Below, piece by piece: positions 13,279-26,500 of a DNA stretch of 64,000 nucleotides. Numbering within the stretch: position 1 is the first letter of the stretch; each line of letters opens with the position of its first letter. The stretch covers positions 2,046,001-2,110,000 of the forward strand of contig OZ176057.1 in assembly GCA_964247055.1 (NCBI GenBank), given 5' to 3'. Source of the stretch: Paragordius varius (taxonomy: Eukaryota > Animalia > Nematomorpha). The notes under the pieces are model-generated. The model worked only from the letters and a program-made list of their open reading frames with translations, was not told the origin of the DNA and did not search any database. The position numbers and the translations under genes were made by a program.

Positions 13279-13828
13279 CACTTAGATTCAAATTGGGGTA
13301 TCTAAATACCCCAGACTAAATTTGAGTTAGGATTTTTAGAACTGAAGGAAACGGTCCCAATTTAAATTTATGGTTCTATCCTAATAAAAATTATATAAAT
13401 ATGCCAAAATATCTAAATAAAATTTTGTTTTGAAAAAAAATTCCATGTCAAACCATTTCGGACGCCATTTTATTTTACAAAATTTTTGCTAAATATGGTT
13501 TTGATTTAATTTAAAGGGTAAAATTAAAGCTAATTTTTAATTTAAATTACATTTAACATTGCTAGAAATAGAAAAAGCGATTTATATTGTATTTTCAATT
13601 TTACCATTGCACACATGTCACGTCGACTAAATTTTTACCTTTCGGTTTAAGCTTTAAATAAGTAATATCAAGTATTTTTGAATAAAATTTTTTTTATATT
13701 TCGATTTATTAATGTTATATAAGTGCAAAATTTTGGCATGGTTTCGATTCCTTCCATATCTTTTAATGGGGTATTTAACTACCCCAATTTAAATCGAAAG
13801 ACTAAAATGAATGCGTTGTATCCAAGTG
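13279..13828 (+). mobile_element. piggyBac-like non-autonomous element, family 1 (550 bp)
   Basis: TTAA|CACTTAGAT ... ATCCAAGTG|TTAA; internal GGGGTATCT..TACCCC motifs; at least six copies in the window. Confidence 0.75.
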
Positions 13829-14146
13829 TTAAAGGCCATTTTCACTATTTATTTAAGGTATGCAATGTATTTGCATATACTTATCAAACAAACAGCCATG
13901 AAAGTATTTGTCGGTATTATATGGTACACGGCTCTTGAGACAATAAATGAATTTTATTAAATCATAAAATTTTTTGTACGTGTACCTTATGCCTTGATCT
14001 GTCATATATAATGAGGATGTATTTAAAAAATATTTTTTGGAATAAAGCATTCAGTTTCACCAAAAATTCATTTAAAATATTATGCACTAACTTTTTCATT
14101 TTCATATGGAGAAAATAGCATAAAAGTGAAATTATTTTTTTAGCAC

Positions 14147-14678
14147 TACGATTCAAATTGGGTATCTTAATAACTCACGCAATTTAAGCTGACATTTTAA
14201 AAATCTATTGAAAGAAATGATTCAAATTTAGATTTATTCTATCCTAAGAAAAAAATATATAAGCCAAAATCTAAATAAAATTTACTTTTGGATAAAAATT
14301 CCGTATCAAACTACTCGGACGCAATTTTTAATTTAGATTATAGTTATTTGATTTAAAGCAATAAATTATGTTTATTTTTCATTAAATGCACATTTAACAT
14401 CGATATAAACAAAAAATGTGGTATATTTTGCATTGTTTTTATATTTAGCTTTTGCAGACATGTTAAAAAGGCTAAATTTTTACCTTTGGGTATTACTTTA
14501 TAATCTCAAGTATTTTAAATTAATATTTTTTTATATTGCGGTTGATTAATATTATATAAGTACCTTTTGCCATGATTTCAATTTAAATATTTTTCGGAAT
14601 AATGATTTTAAACAAAGATGTATCTAACTATTCCAAGAATCGAAGAACTGAAATGAATGTGTATTGTCCCAGTGCTAA
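14147..14678 (+). mobile_element. piggyBac-like family 1, degenerate copy (approximate)
   Basis: Collinear similarity with 13279-13828 (GATTCAAATTGGGTATC, GGACGC.ATTTT, CTAAATTTTTACCTTT). Confidence 0.65.
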
Positions 14679-17066
14679 ATAAGTTATAAGGCCCAAACCC
14701 AAAGAGTCATAAGATACACCTTATCCACCTTTCCTCAAGATTTGTGAAAACTAAATTTTTTACCAAAAAATCCACAAAAGACTATTTCAATAAGCAAAAC
14801 ATATTTATAATTCTAATTTTTTGTTAGCTCTGAAATTTAAAAAATTTTTTTAAAATTCAAAAGCGTTTCTATACCGTTTCCATCATTCCTAAAAATAGGA
14901 TAAAGTACCCTTCAAGATTTTGCTAAGTAATCATTAAAAAATATTTTTTGATGTCAAAATTTAGCACATATTAAAATTTTATCGCGCAATGCCGGCATTG
15001 CGTTTTAAAGAAACTAGCCCATTTTAGAAGAGCAAAAAAATTGGGACTTTTAGAGCCTAAATATAAAATTAAAATATTTCAAAAATAATTTTTACTTTCA
15101 TAATTTATGATATATTTTTATATTTTTTGGAATGAAGCATCTAGCTTTTAACAAAAAAATTTTATTTAAATGTGCGCAAACTTTCCTAGGACCACTTTCC
15201 AAACAGTGTACATAACGTTATTATATCACTTGTGATAGCCAAAACCAAAAGCACCATGATTATTAATAATGATATATTTTAGTATCAAAATAAATATACT
15301 TTAACAGGTTATTGTGGGCATAGTGTAATAAACGGGCCAACATTTAAAATAAAAATATGAAATAATTGTTTTGGGTTAGTTTTTATATAATTTATCGAGA
15401 TAATTTTCAACCCCCCCTCTTAGGGCACAGTTTGCTTTCACCAAAATAATTAAATTTATGATATGCTTAAACTTTGCGATGAACTATTACCCATGTAAAT
15501 ATTTTTATAGCATTCTTAAGGCCCACATTAAAAATCTCAATTTTCTATCAAACATTTATATTTTATCGAAATATTTTCTATCATACCTGATTTAGGATTT
15601 AGGGTAAATAAATGGAAACCATTCTAAAACACAATTTAATTAACTCTTGGAGGCTTCAAAAATTGTTAAATATCAAAAAGGTGATCAAATTTATGCTTAT
15701 AAAAAATTGAAGTTATCATACATTTTACATCCGTTTTTGAGGTTTAGAATTAGAGATGTCTTTATATTGTCAAAAACAAGTAATTTAAAGGTATTTATAT
15801 TCGAGAAGGTTACACTAAATATATATATATATATATATTATAATTAACTTTATTCAACCATAACCTTAAATTTTGAAAATTTATTATTGAAAATAACATG
15901 TAATACTTTCATGCATTATCAAAGATGTGACTCATATGGAATGGATATTTAAATTTTTTCCGATATTTGCATTTTTGATTTTTATAAAACAGACAAATGG
16001 TCGTTGTTATGTATCAAATAAATTAATTAAAAAATGTTTTACCAGAGACTCTTTTTATTGTGATTTCGGACGGAAACTTGGACTGGCGCAAAGTAAAATA
16101 ATATTCATATATTTATCTTAGGATATGAAATTAACAAACAATTGAATGTCTTTAATAAATTGAGTCAAAACCTGAATATATTTAATGAATGTTACCATGA
16201 AAAGAATTATGGTCTTTTTGTTAAATTTATCATACCACCCCTTGGTTTAAATACATCTTCTGCAAAGTTGTTATGATTTTAATCGATAGGAGTTGTATAG
16301 AGCAAAAGAATAAAGAATATGGCATAAACTATAATCTCTCAAAGATAGATTCCACATGTACGAAAAACAATTTGTTTTTGATTGACCAAAAGAATGTATA
16401 TTTTTTAATTTAAAAAAATTATTGTGACATTTATAATTTTTCCTATATCCAAAGGTAAGAATTTTTCTTAACCCCGTTCTGAAATCATCAATATTTCAGT
16501 TAAACGGCCAGGAAGGCCATGAAATAGCGGCCATTTATAATGAATTACAAAAAACGCATGCCTATGTTGGCGTATCTGTTATGGATTTTGTAAAACTCTT
16601 CAATAAATTGTTGATAAAAACCGTTTTTGAAATGGTTAAACAAGAATATATTATGGATACGAATCAAAGAAAACAACAAATTTTACTCAATACTCCAAAA
16701 TTATGGGCTAACAATCGAATCGTCTCTGGTATCGGGAAAGCAGACTATTACGATAATGAACTTCACCAACCCAAAAATCTCAAAACATTCAAGAAAAACA
16801 TTCCCTTTTCTACCAAATATATATTCAAATCAAGTAATTTTTTTTATGTTTCAATTAATTTAAGATTGGTGAGGAATATATAGGTACATTATTTGGCAGT
16901 GTGTTATGTTGGATTTTAAATATTAAATATAATTTAAATTGGATTAATTATATAAGCATTATCAATTAAAATACGAAATTTTATCACCCTCTATTTTCGA
17001 CATATTTTCCTAAAATTTGTTTATATTGCATTTAATTGTCCGGTTTTGGGATCATATAGACATCTT

Positions 17067-17533
17067 ATGGAATGCTGCCTCAAAAACATAGGTTAATGCC
17101 TTTTGTTTCTTGAAAAATTAACCCTCGTCAAACATTTTTTGAGCTTTAAAAAAAATTTGATTTATTTCATGTTTAAATATTTAAACCCTTTTTAATGGAG
17201 AAACCGGGCAGACAAACTTGTTAATTTTTTTAATCAGTTTTTAAAAATGCATATTCATGTTAAGATATGATATTAGCTAAAAACCTGTGTTTTTCCGGTA
17301 AAACGATATACAGTGTAAAACTTGTGATTTAATACAATTTTAATAAGAAAATTACATATATATTTGTTATTTCACTTTTAGAAACAGTGTTTGGGATAGT
17401 TGGTTTTATATGCGTGCTCGTGGTTTTATTCGCTTTTTTCTGTGCCGCTTTTATGAGATCTCATCTTACGCGTTATTTGGCCTCGGCTGCACCTACCATG
17501 ATTTGGCAACAGGCGGCTGGAAGAAAATATTAA
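17067..17533 (+). CDS. Candidate 58-aa single-pass membrane microprotein; exons 17067-17091 and 17382-17533
   Basis: MECCLKNI-E-TVFGIVGFICVLVVLFAFFCAAFMRSHLTRYLASAAPTMIWQQAAGRKY*; donor ATAG|gttaat and acceptor ttcacttttag| both phase 1; GC-elevated second exon; AATAAA at 17593-17598. The frame is also open upstream to ~16956, so the N-terminus could be longer. Confidence 0.55.
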
Positions 17534-18593
17534 TTTTTTTTAACTTAAACCAATGAAAAAAAAAAACTTTAAATTTTGGATATATATTTGCTAATAAAGT
17601 GGTGAGCAATCAGGAAAAATTGAAAAAATATAATTATTTTTATATTATATTTTACAAAAAAGACATGATAAAAATATATATATTAATGAAACAACGATCT
17701 TATCTAATTCATTAATACACCTTCGCCGATTTATGAAAATATCAATAATATATAAATTATATTATTAAATTTGTTATGATGCTTAGTTTGGGCATATAAC
17801 AGGTTTTATGGAATTATTTTAAAAATCTAAAAACGACATCCAATCGGCCATGTTATATAAATTTTTAATATTATGATGGTTTAATTTACAACATTAGCCT
17901 CTTATATAATAAATAACGGTGTAATTAAAGTTGTTAATATGGGTAAAACCTAATATTTATGGCATGACAATCGATAATGATTTTTATAAGAATAAAATAT
18001 CGATACTTTTTTTTATTAAATTGTAATGATATAATATATAAAATGAAAAAACCTAATTAAGGTTAATATTCACAAAGAATACTCGTTTCTTCCATTTTAC
18101 TAGTTATTTCAAAGATGTTGAAATTTGTTTTTAATTTTAGATGAATGGAACGTCTCTGGCATTTGCTTCGCCATAAAAAATTTTACAAGTCAAATCTGAT
18201 TTAGTTGTAATGTGCTAAATTATTTTGTCGTCTTTACAAGGTTTGCCTGCTTTTTTGTAAAGTTAACATGGTGTGTAGGATATTCACGAGATTTTAACCT
18301 AATCTATGACACCTCACTCTAACCATCAATATTAATCTGAGTTAATTGTGGAAATGCATGTTGGTTCGGATTTCATTACTTCTTGGGGTCCATGAACTTT
18401 TTTGAATTGATACTAATACAAACATTTGAGTTAATGTTTGTTTTATTATAAACATCTGTATAGTCTTTTAAGGTTTTTTTTAAAAAACCAAGTCAAGACT
18501 TTAACAAAATTATTATGCTTAAATGGTCTACTCTAATCTTATATTGTTTCATAAAGATTTCACAAGTAACAAGGCAAGTTCGCTCCGACATAC

Positions 18594-18906
18594 TATAGTT
18601 ATCCAACATGCAGGCCTCCAAAAAAAATTTATAGCCCGCGAAAAATTTAAAATAAAAACCGAATACTATATTTTATCGTAAAATTAAAAATTTTATATAC
18701 AACCATAAAGATAGCTTGATATAAATTTTTTAAAGATAAACTTTCTTTGGAATAATCAACGGAACGAACAAAAATGTAAATAATTTGTAGATTGATTGTG
18801 GCCTTTTTTTACAATCCCATGACTAAAATGTAATATAATATTTGATGTCCGATTGTTATGTTTTTTCAATGCGGCCCGCAAAGTTATTTGGTACTGGACA
18901 CCATTG
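18594..18906. mobile_element. hAT (Charlie-like) MITE, degenerate
   Basis: TCCAACATGCAGGCC left end; GCGGCCCGC..CTGGACACCATTG right end, similar to 54949-55254; no TSD recovered. Confidence 0.55.
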
Positions 18907-18940
<34 letters not shown>

Positions 18941-19615
18941 CCAAAATATATTTAATTCAGAATTTAACACATCACTACGTACTCAAAATATAATTTTTTA
19001 TAATTTGACATTATATTTACTGTATCACATTTGCCTTTTTAAAAAGGATATACCACGTATTAAATTTATTTTAATTTGGTTGAATATGTTACAAAAAATG
19101 ATAAAAAGAAACATTGATTTTGGATAAAATCAATTTGTAAAAATTTATATTTTAACATGTTTTTGTTTGCTGCTATAAAGGCAAATAAAAAAAATATTGA
19201 TTTTTATTTAATATTAAAGGTTTATATTACAATAAGAAGATTTTAAAATTAAATATTTTTTAACAATATATTATTGCTGATCATTTTATGATTTAATAAT
19301 TTATTTCTATCTAAAATTTTAATCCCTTATACAATTATGATACATTGTTTTTTATTTTTAAGCTGGTTACAAGGACAGTTATAATATGTGATACATTAAA
19401 GCATATCAATTGATACGAATTTTCGATTTTCCAATGATATGATACGAATCAATAAAATAATGGCTAAAAATATTTTTAACACAATATTACCTATTTATTT
19501 TTTAGACAATTTTACATTTGGGGCTAAATTTTAACCCTATATACCATTAAAAGTTGTTTAGGGTAAAATGCAATTAACAAATATGAATCTCGTGTAATGG
19601 ATAAAAAAGATTGCA

Positions 19616-20966
19616 CTTATAAAACTGAAATTATACTTCGGACAAAACGTAAAAATAAAAAGACAATTTTTTTTCTAAAAGACAATTAAACTTTTTTAAT
19701 CTTGATTTTTTAGATATAACTTAGAATGTAAAATTAAATATATATATATATATGTACTAGCGTACGGACTTTGGGAGGGGGGGGGGGTGGCTTTTTAAAA
19801 AAAGGGACAATAAAATGATGCACATATGTGAATTATTTCGAAACATTATTTAATAGCTATGATCTCATAGGAATTTCAAAACGGTGCATTCATACTAATA
19901 TATTGTTTACTTGGGCGAAAAATAGATTCAAAAAATTATTTTTGTGGACTTTATTTTTTTTAAAAAAAGCATTTTACGGGGGAAGCGGGTAAAAAGAGGG
20001 CCTAAATTAAAAAAGCGAAACAGGTTCGGCGCAATCGAAAATAACTAAACAAAAATCATATTTGAAATTGAATCAAGTTCTCCGGAAAATTGTCTTAAAG
20101 ACACGTTTTTTGTAAACTTCTGTTTTCAAAAAAAACCATTTTTCTCACGGGGTGGGCCCGAATTGGGGGCCTATTTCAAAAAAGGGCGAAGCTATTGCCG
20201 GGGCATTCAATAATGATTTTTTTTTCAATATTTGGATTTGAATGGGTCTACCGGTTTTCTGGTACCAGATCACAAAGCCACATGACGGATCAATTTTTAG
20301 CAGGTAGCTCCTTACCCAGCAATTATCAAAGAAACGCTTGACTAAAATTTTTGCCTTTTAACAGGGAATACGTGGAATCCTTATTGAATTTTTACGGTCT
20401 CATACCTAGGGCGAAAAATAGATTTAAAAAATTATTTTTGTGGACTTTATTTTTTGAAAAAAATGGCATTTCACCGGGGGAGCGGGTAAAAAGAGAGCCT
20501 AAATCTAAAAAGCGAGACGACTATGTTCGGCGCAATCGAAAATAATCAAACAAAAATCATATTTGAAATTGAATAGTCCAACACGTTCTCCGGAAAATTG
20601 TCTCAAAGACACGATTATTGTGGACTTTTGTTTTCAAAAAAACCCATTTTTCACACGGGTGGGCCCGAACTGGGGGCCTATTTCAAAAAAAGGGCGAAGC
20701 TATTGTCGGGGCATTCATTAATGATTATATTTTTTTGATATTTGGATTCAATGGGTTTACCGGTTTTCCGGAAACAGATCACAAAGCCAGCATTTTCCAT
20801 TTTTATAAATATATAGATAACAAACACAATTAATTCTATATTTACAATTGTAATTAAATAGCTATTATTGGGAAAATTAAGGTTTTAAAAAGAATGGTTG
20901 CCTTTATATTAAAAACATTTGTCTTTATTTTTTAACGTTTTGTCCGTATAATTTCATTTTTTACTG
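19616..20966. mobile_element. MITE family CAGTAAAAA split by the Helitron 19757-20817 (left end approximate)
   Basis: Left half (AACTGAAATTATAC..GGACAAAACG) and right half (..TTTTGTCCGTATAATTTCATTTTTTACTG|TA) join collinearly with intact copy 32904-33188 when the Helitron is removed. Confidence 0.7.
19757..20817 (-). mobile_element. Composite non-autonomous Helitron (5' partial copy + 125-bp foreign segment + second near-complete copy)
   Basis: Minus strand reads A|TCTATATATTTATAAAAATGG (20817) ... GTCCGTACGCTAG|T (19757); both parts match 3220-3787; 3' hairpins deleted. Confidence 0.8.
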
Positions 20967-21655
20967 TATTACAGTTATCAAACTTCGAGAATCCAAGGGG
21001 AAGCCCTAAAACCCCATCGAAATTAACAGCTAAGATTTTTTATATTGTTTAAAAATGTTTATTTGAATCATGCGCCTATATAACTAGAAAATGTATTAAA
21101 ACATCTAATATATTTTTAACGATATTCAATTTAACATCGCTCGGTACAAACTACCCCAAAAGGGAAAGTTATAATAAAAAGATTGAAATGAGAATTTAAT
21201 AATACATTTTCACCTTTTTTAAATGTTTTCTCTAACTAAGTATTTTGATCATTTTTATTTGAATTTGTATAAATATTATGTTTAAAACACCCTTAAACTA
21301 ATATAAATTATCATATTGGTTGTGAGAAAAAAATGTTTTTGATTTTTATCACACATATTGAAAATGTTTTAAACACATTTACATACAAGTTTATTTTACA
21401 AAATTAAAAACTGATTTTTCCGGATTTTTTCTTATGTTTTAATAATTTTCCATCCCGGACCGCAAAGTAGATATTTATTAGGTCTTAATTAAAATTTCAT
21501 TATGAATTATGAGAATAAAGTTTAATATTTTAAAAACATTATCAACAACTATTTGAAAGATATAGATAGTTAAATGAAAATGGCTGAATTTTAAAAAAGC
21601 TTGTTATTAATTACACCATCATTTCAAAAACATAATTTATTTTTCAGATAAATTT

Positions 21656-22326
21656 ATACCATTTGCACTACAAGAGTGTCCTTGAACACTTTAAGTTGGT
21701 CCTTGAACATTTTAAGTTGGTCCTTTAACAGTTCAAAATGGTCCTTGAACATTTCAAGTTGGTCCTTGAACACTTTATGGTCCTTAAAATTATAAATTTT
21801 GTAACCATAATTTTTGCATTTATATTTTTATTTTATTATTTCTAATTTTCTTTATTTATTATATATTTATTCATTTACAAATGAAAATTCTTATGAAAAA
21901 CCACTGTTTTGTTTCAAACTATTTTTATTCAATTGAACAAAATTATTGACTTTTAAATGTTTTTAATGAAAAATTTTAATTAACTAGAAAACTTATATAT
22001 TTTTTCATTTCGTGTTAAAATCTTATAAATATAAAAAATTATATTAAGAAATTAATAAAGATATACGGGTTCTCAAAGATTAAAAGTTAATATCGATTTA
22101 AAATTTATATTAAATAATAGAAAATAGGTTAAAAACAATAAAATAGATGAATTATTTACGAATTGATGAATAAAAGTTAAAACAAAACAAATAAGTCAAA
22201 GGACCAACTTGAACTGTTCAAGGACAAACTTGAAATGTTCAAGGACCAACTTGAATTGTTCAAGGACCAACTTGAACAAGGACCACCTTGAAGTGTTCAA
22301 GGACACTCTTGAAGTGCAAATGGTAT
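21656..22326. repeat. Foldback element, subfamily B1 (long TIRs built of 21-bp units AAGTTGGTCCTTGAACATTTC)
   Basis: ATACCATTTGCACT / AGTGCAAATGGTAT termini; about 5 units per arm in inverted orientation; AT-rich spacer shared with the copies at ~51092-51510 and ~52105-52595. Confidence 0.85.
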
Positions 22327-23286
22327 ATATTATATACTATTACCGTCCATTTATTTACAAGTACATATATCACATTTGCATAATTAAAAAGAGTTTCGAT
22401 AAAAAACGATAACATCACATTGTTTTCAAAGATAATTAAATATTTAGGCCAGAATGTGTCCATGACGTAGCTAGCTGGCCGCATGCTGCCCTCCAAAATA
22501 TTTCTCCCGCTCACAAAAAAATCCAAAATTTATAATTCTGGAAAAAATTATTTTCGTAAACAAATTTTCTTATAGCAAAAAATGTTAAAAACAGAATTGT
22601 TTTTATAGTCTTAGGTCTAAAATCTAATAAAGTATCATAGTCCATATATTATTGAATTTCGGCCCACTGGATTTGTCCGAAAAGATATTTGTGTTGGACA
22701 TCCTTGATTTAGACATTAGAAGAATTCATAGTTGTTTTTCGGATTCCATCTTGAACGCTTAGCGCGCTGATTTGTTTAAGCCGTTTGAGATGTACTAAAA
22801 ACTTAGAAGCATAAATTATTTTAAATATCATTTTCATAGAAATTTTGAGATCTTATAATAATAAAACCAAATTCACCACAACCATTAGAGTCATAATGAA
22901 AATTTTTATCTCATAAAAAAACAATCAATAAACATCAAAGAATTTTTTTTTGCAAATTAAATATTTAAACAATATAAACCGCTTATTTTATTTATAAATT
23001 GGCTTTCAAATTTAACGACGTGTATAATGATATCGTTACAGTTGTTTCGCTTTTCATATTCTTACCCTATTATATTTAATTATGAAAAATATATTATTTA
23101 AGGGAATTTTTCATATTTATACAAACTTGTTATAATTTTTAAGATAACTAACATCTTCCTATTTCTGAAAATTTTTATCTTAACACCTGTTTGGCGTTTT
23201 TGTTTATGTTGCATTTTTATGGTGCTAACTTATAAAAGCAGTATCATTCAACATATGCTTTATACTATACCGTCTTAAACTGTAAT

Positions 23287-23599
23287 TTAATTTAGGGTAT
23301 GTGACAAATTAAAATAAAATAAACGATATACCTGATATATTTCTTGACTCAGGGGTATGAATGTCACAAATATGGCACCAATCCAACACATTGCGAGTGA
23401 TATGTAAATCCAAGCCTGAAAAGCTTCATACGTAAATTCCCGTAAAATGCAGAGAAGCCCGGGGATTATTAGTAGGAAAAGGCTTAAACTTATGCAAGAT
23501 AATATGATGGCCAGCCTGCGTGAACGCTTAAACTTATTTTTGACTTGCTCAAGTGTTGGCCTATCTATCAGATAATGGCAATCCTGCAAATCGAAATCT
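23287..23599 (-). CDS. DUR3: DUR3 exon 12 (last two TM helices; 3' end uncertain, see findings)
   Basis: gtgtag|A GAT TTC acceptor, phase 2; DFDLQ..IIPG..AWIYISLAMCWIGAIFVTFIPLSQEI. Confidence 0.88.
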
Positions 23600-26500
23600 C
23601 TACACAAAAAATAATTTATTAAAGAGATGAGAATTTTTATGGCATTACATGCGTGATGGGATAATGTGCAAATGTGTTTAAAACAGTGCCCGCGGGCTGC
23701 ATGCCACCCTAAAAGTATATTTTTATGCCTGAATTATTTCATAATTTTTTGATATAATATACTTATTTTGAGTATAAATACTCCAAAGTATCAAACAACT
23801 ATGAAAATTTTATTGGCATGGCATTAGGAACAAAAAAATATATTTTGGCCCTAAATATTTTAGGTGAGTGTCACGGGTATAATTGATAGGGCGACAGACT
23901 CTCACGTTGTATATGTGAAGTGCTGAATTTCGCTACCATTACTGTCAGACCTGGACAAGAGAGTATTAAAGCTTTCACAAGTCCTTACCCTCTAGAGAAA
24001 AAAAGAAATCTAATTTGTGTATTTATTTAAAAACCTTTTGTGTAAACATTCCATATTATGCGTCAACAATGGATTATTTGAGATGAATGAGTCGAAATAA
24101 ATGAAGGTTGTTAACTTATAAATATAAATCAGGTAATACGGATTTTTATTAATTACAGTAAAATTAAAATTTTACAGGCAAAACGTATACATATAAAGAT
24201 AAATATTTTCTTAAAAAAGACAACCATAATATACATAATAAATCCTAAATTATTTAATTCCAACTGTAAAATAATAATTGATTGAGTACCAAATTTACAT
24301 GTGTTTTAATACTTTGCAAGAAAAATTAAGTTTAAAAAAGCACAATCTTAAAAAAATTGTTGTACCACACAGTTTCAATTTTTTATAGATCTATTAATCA
24401 ACGTCTGTTTATTCAAAATATGTGAAAATTTACTTGTCATAAACATCGACCCAGGGGGAAAGGGGATTATCTATATCCCGTACATTTTCCCAAATCTCAA
24501 TACTCTCATCTTTTGTGAGAGATTTTTGAAGAGCACGTGACCTGAGCGTATTTGAACGCCTAAATTTTTGCCGACCTTTACAGCAGCAATCCCAAACAAT
24601 CCATATCCAATTAATTTCAATCACTTTGAAGCGTTGAACTATAGTTATCACTATGGTAAGGAAACAACCAACACTGATGGAAACGACATTACCCAAAAAC
24701 ATTGGGAAAATTTCACCTGGGACATTATGATGAAATGTTTTAAAATATGTATTGGTTAGAAATCAACATTTATATTATTTTATATTGTTTTGAATTACTG
24801 TATGAATAAATACACATTGCTAATGCTTCATTAATTAGTGCCAGATAGCATAAAAGCAACGGCATTATTATTGGATAATAGCAGTTAAAAGCGAAAAAAT
24901 TTACCAAATATTTTCTTTTGCTTTATATCTGGTGGTATATTATCAAAAATATAGCAATGTATATTTGCTTATATTGTAATGCAGTTTTAAATAAAATTGA
25001 ATCATGTAATTCATTTTATACAATATAATACTTGAATGTTGAAAAAAGGAGTGTGGTCGACCAATACTACTGCTGCTATTTGACGAAAAGTGTGATGATT
25101 GTTGTTTCACATCTTCGCTGTATTCAGACCAGGTAACAAGCAGCCACGTGAGTAATCCAAAAATACAGCCAAACGTTCCACTACAAAAGACCGCTAAGCC
25201 CGTCACCTGACTCCAAAAAAGACTGAAACAAATGGGAAATATGGCACTCCCGATGAGAATTCCCATCACATTATAAAGCCAATTGAGGTTAATCTATGTA
25301 TATTCGTATGTATACGGCGTGTCCACATAAAAAATAACCTATATTCAGATATAGCAAGATTATCATGGTGCATTTTGGCCGTTACGAGCGATATAAGAAA
25401 GTAATTTACGATTTTATGGTACTCCGTATCAAAATATGGCAAATTTCCTTTTTTTAAAAATTTTTTTTTAGCCAAATCTAAATGCTACATGCCAAAAAAT
25501 ACCAGTAAATACATAAACTACATATACCATTTACAGTTCAATTTCACCCTTAAACAATTCAAATTCACCCTTGAACAATTCAAATTGACCCTTGAACAAT
25601 TCAAATTCACCCTCGAACAATTCAAATTCACCCTCGAACAATTCAAATTCACCCTCAAATAAAAGTTTTGTTTTAAATTAAAATAATACTAAAAAAATAA
25701 TAAACTATACCATAAACATATATTTCATATTAATAATGAATTATACTAGTTCGAAAACACATAATTTATTTTTAGGGTGAATTTGAATTGTTCGAAGGTG
25801 AATTTGAATTGTTCAAGGGTGAATTTGAATTGTTCAAGGGTGAATTTGAATTGTTCGAGGGTGAATTTGAATTGTTCAAGGGTGAACTTGAACTGTAAAT
25901 GGTATATAAAAAGTAAAACAATAGTTTTAAATTTTTTTTTATCAGGCTCCTAAAGTAACAAATTTTTCGCTTTACCAAAATGGGTTAGTTATTTTAATGT
26001 TAAAGCAAAAATGCCGTAGTCGTGAGATAAAAATTAATATATGCTAAATTTTAATATCATCCAAAAATATTTTTAATAATCATTTAAAAAATTCGATTAT
26101 TTGCAAATTTTCGTTGAAGCATAATATTTTTACCTCAAAATTTGGATTAAAAAAAGTGTTCTTCTTCGAATTCGTTAAAAATAAATTCTATATCACCAAA
26201 TTTAAAACAAACCAACCTTTATATTAAAAATCTAAAGCGATAAAAATAATCAGTATCATATAATACCCCTTTTTTACCATGCCTCAGATAGTAAAGCACT
26301 CTATAACAAAATTTTGTCAAAATAAAATTTTTAAAAATTATGCTTAGAAAATTTAGTTGAGAAAATTTAGCATATTTTTTCGTAATCCCGGCGTTTTTGC
26401 GTTTATTTTAAGGGAATTAGTTCACCTTAGAAGGGCAAAAAAACTTGGAATTTTCAGAGCCTTAATAAATTTTTTGGAATTGTTTTGCTTTTTATATATA

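Noticed and set aside
14985-15017. Perfect 18-bp palindrome CGCAATGCCGGCATTGCG followed by CTAG, resembling a Helitron 3' end
   Set aside because: The CTAG belongs to another repeat (compare AAAAACTAATCCATTTTAGAAG at ~12843), is followed by C rather than T, and no matching 5' TC end was found.
16581-16883. 100-aa ORF as a host gene
   Set aside because: No splice or family support; PKLW..LKTFKK weakly resembles a LINE 3' end, too weak to call either way.
25524-25905. 21-bp repeat arrays (also 21656-22326) as CRISPR or as coding repeats (ORFs 22209-22412 NCSRTNL, 25772-25978 SPLNNSN, 60663-61073)
   Set aside because: Units are tandem without unique spacers and inverted between arms; no cas genes; eukaryotic context. 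The ORFs stay open only because 21 is a multiple of 3.
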